A DNA stretch of 64,000 nucleotides from Lingula anatina (Eukaryota > Animalia > Brachiopoda). Shown here piece after piece: positions 61,476 to 64,000 of the stretch (within the stretch, counting starts at the first letter, position 1; each line of letters begins with the position of its first letter). The translations under genes were made by a program, and so were the position numbers. The DNA lies in contig CM120649.1 in the NCBI GenBank assembly GCA_051362555.1, positions 7,192,001 to 7,256,000 on the forward strand. Reading direction: 5' to 3'. The notes under the pieces were generated by a model. The model made no database searches and was not told the DNA's origin. It saw only the letters and a program-made list of their open reading frames with translations.

Positions 61476-61812
61476 TTATTCAGTTATGATAAGAGTTTTG
61501 GCCATGCAGCGCAGATCATAAGGGCAGCAGTTTATATTTAATAAGGGAAAGGTTGCACAGTACTTCCCGTCTGCCAGTTCTAAAGAGATGAAATCTTTCC
61601 GTTTTCTCATACAAAAATACATTATGACAATGAAGACACTCGGTATGGAAAGGAAGATCAGTAGGGTAATTGTTGGTAGGTACTCGATCTTTATAACATC
61701 GCTGAAATTGAAGGGTGGAGTGTTAGGTTCTGGAGAGGTTGGGACATTATAGATAAATTTAGGAGCTGCATGTGCTTTGATCAATGTGAAGACAGAGGCA
61801 GCCAGGATTTTG
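61476..61812 (-). pseudogene. Env-tail ORF copy 2, truncated
   Basis: ILAASVFTLIKAHAAPKFIY...PT.P...IEYLPTITLLIFLSIPSVFIVIMYFC...FISLELADGKYCATFPLL...CPYD. Confidence 0.72.
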
Positions 61813-62852
61813 GTCAGCCTTAGTTATAGATACATTTCAAATCATCAATTATGCAATTCATACTCATACTTAATATTCATTACTATTAAAACCAGTCTTT
61901 GATTCTCTCGCTATCTACTGTTTTCTAGTTCTAGTTTGGGCATGATGTTTCTTCTTTCACAGCCAAGAATAGCTACACTTCCTCAGATTTTCTGCCTGTT
62001 TATTGAACCTTACTCCCACCAGTATAGCTACAACGGCTACTACTGCTCCTGCTGTTACTGGAGGGCTGTGGAAGACCCTCCATTTATTATGGTCTACACA
62101 TAATACCACTATTGAGAACTAAATACAATTTACATAAAACAATTAAAATTCCGGTATACGTATAATAATGCCATCAGAAGTAAATGCAGTTCTGTCTTCA
62201 ACATATAAATATTAATGATAATTTCAGAGCCAGACGTCTGGAGTAGTAAATGGACATACAGCATGCCAGAGCTGTAAAGGCTTATTCTTATAACATTGAG
62301 TTATGATACGGCTCCCTCCGTTAAAAAGTTTCGTGCCCCGAAACTATTTTAAACAGTATAAATAGTGTTAATAAAACTTGAGCTGTAGCATTACTTTAAA
62401 CTTAATATAAACATGACTTAATAAAAATATCTGTATATGAACAAAAAAATCTAATTATGTCTCTGACCCATTACCATTCAAGTATACCATTATCCTGATA
62501 CAAACCAACATCAAATTACAAGAAAGAAAATACATATATATGTGTGTGCGTGTATGTTTTACCTGCAAATTCTAACTACTAAACGTTATATGATTACAAT
62601 ATGATCAATTCCTACATATTCTCTAAGTATATTAAGTGAATTCTTATATTGTATTACCCTATAATAATAATACAATTTCTAACTACTTAACATCATATGA
62701 TTACAATACAATAAATTCCTACATATTCCATAAGTAAATAGTATTACCCTATAATAATAATAAAGAAAATTCTGGAACAGAGACAGTCACCAGGAGACAT
62801 CAGCATGGCTGGTGGGACATATCAATCACTGATTGACCTCTACTACTGAAGG

Positions 62853-64000
62853 TTACACATTGGGCACGATACAAGTTTGTTGTATGGGTATGTAATATGT
62901 CCTCTTGTGGTGTAATGCCACAAGATGAACATCGAACGGATTTTTTGTCATTGTTTTTAACGCGAAATATTTTAGGAGACCAACCCTGACTTCAGTTGGT
63001 AGCCGATATTCAAATTTTGAGACGGAATTTTCCAATGCAATGTTTCCCCAAGCTATCTTTACCTTTGGCAAAGTAGCTAACTGAATGTGGTCAATGATGT
63101 TGGATGGTTGACCCGATGCCTTTATATCATGGGGACAGGTGTGTAGGGCCAAAATGGGAATGGTTACACACTGTCTCCCAGTTGTTATTTCCAACGAGAC
63201 CACATTCTCCCCCTGCCTTGAGCAGATATAAATTAGCACAAAAAGGGAAACCGATACTATGATCGCAATGATCGCTGAAGCAGTGGGGATATATTCCACA
63301 CTGATAAGGTCATTAATGGAGAAGGGTAAAGACGTTGTGGGGGGTGTAGTGGGATACTTGAAAATGAAGCTAGGTGCAGCATTAGCCTTGTGAAATGAGA
63401 AAATTGCTGCTGACATTATTTTTAATCTGTACCCTAAATATGCTGAAGTTAGTAAAGAAGTTAAGGTAACTCCTACCGCTGTGTAAGTGAGAATTTGATC
63501 AAGGTTCATAGATTGGGCAGGAAATGGTAATTCTCCAGTGAATAGTGGTTCGTTCCTTTGGGCCTCTTTAGTAAGTTTATGGCACTTAGCTTGTAATAGT
63601 TGCAGTTCTGTTTTGGAGGTCGCAGATAAGTCTATAACATCAGCCAAATTTTCACACTCTTGGAATGGTAAATCGGTCCAGATATTGATTTTTGAAAAAC
63701 TATTTTCTTCTGTCACAGGTAACTTACTTGTGTCTACGGTTTCTTCAGATAAAGGAACAGCCCTTCTCATTTCTCTCTCTTCCAGCCATTTTTGTTTTCT
63801 CTGTTTATCTCTCCTTATTCTAGATGGTGTCTTTTTCTTCTCTACTTTCATTGCTGAGAGGGTGTTGACCTCACTGCTCATCATTTTCGGTGTCCTTGGG
63901 TCTGTTTTCCACTTCAGGGTAATGGATAGTTCTTCACCCACCTTACTCATACTGTACATTGATGGTACTTGGTCGACTTCCAGTAGAATATTAAAAATAT
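62853..64000 (-). CDS. Open ORF running off the window edge: basic N-terminal module fused to env-tail copy 3 (TM - signal peptide - TM - ~120-aa cytosolic domain)
   Basis: At least 368 aa without stops. ILTYTAVGVTLTSLLTSAYLGYRLKIMSAAIFSFHKANA|APSFIFKYPTTPPTT...IIAIIVSVSLFVLIYIC...VSLEITTGRQCVTIPIL...PKVKIAWGNI...LPTEVRV...PFDVHLV. Confidence 0.7.
   Translation of the reverse strand, partial: IFNILLEVDQVPSMYSMSKVGEELSITLKWKTDPRTPKMMSSEVNTLSAMKVEKKKTPSRIRRDKQRKQKWLEEREMRRAVPLSEETVDTSKLPVTEENSFSKINIWTDLPFQECENLADVIDLSATSKTELQLLQAKCHKLTKEAQRNEPLFTGELPFPAQSMNLDQILTYTAVGVTLTSLLTSAYLGYRLKIMSAAIFSFHKANAAPSFIFKYPTTPPTTSLPFSINDLISVEYIPTASAIIAIIVSVSLFVLIYICSRQGENVVSLEITTGRQCVTIPILALHTCPHDIKASGQPSNIIDHIQLATLPKVKIAWGNIALENSVSKFEYRLPTEVRVGLLKYFALKTMTKNPFDVHLVALHHKRTYYIPIQQTCIVPNV

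Overview
AT-rich eukaryotic DNA with spliceosomal introns. It is probably from an invertebrate, plausibly a mollusc or other lophotrochozoan (inference only). The left half holds a tRNA-Sec gene (1775-1861) and a 7-coding-exon SLC19A-family thiamine/folate transporter on + (3307-7620). Tail-to-tail with that gene is a 9-coding-exon laccase-like multicopper oxidase on - (10216-27727). The oxidase carries a ~310-aa His/Met-rich insertion with (MDHSS/MGNSG)n repeats reminiscent of bacterial CopA/CueO copper-binding arms, an internal RKKR site and a likely GPI signal. Its 10.9-kb intron contains a LINE fragment, an Academ-like TIR element with a nested Tc1 remnant, and an unusual direct-plus-inverted repeat arrangement. 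PIF/Harbinger-type MITEs are scattered throughout. From ~42.5 kb to the window end lies a mosaic of Ty3/Gypsy LTR-retroelement pieces, nearly all on the - strand (candidate uni-strand piRNA cluster). It includes one two-LTR element with gag-TAG-pol in frame and five tRNA-Ala-type primer-binding sites. It also includes three diverged copies of an env-tail ORF encoding an internal signal peptide, a second TM helix and a cytosolic domain that by eye resembles Mononegavirales (bornavirus-type) matrix proteins. All homology calls are from motif recognition without database searches.
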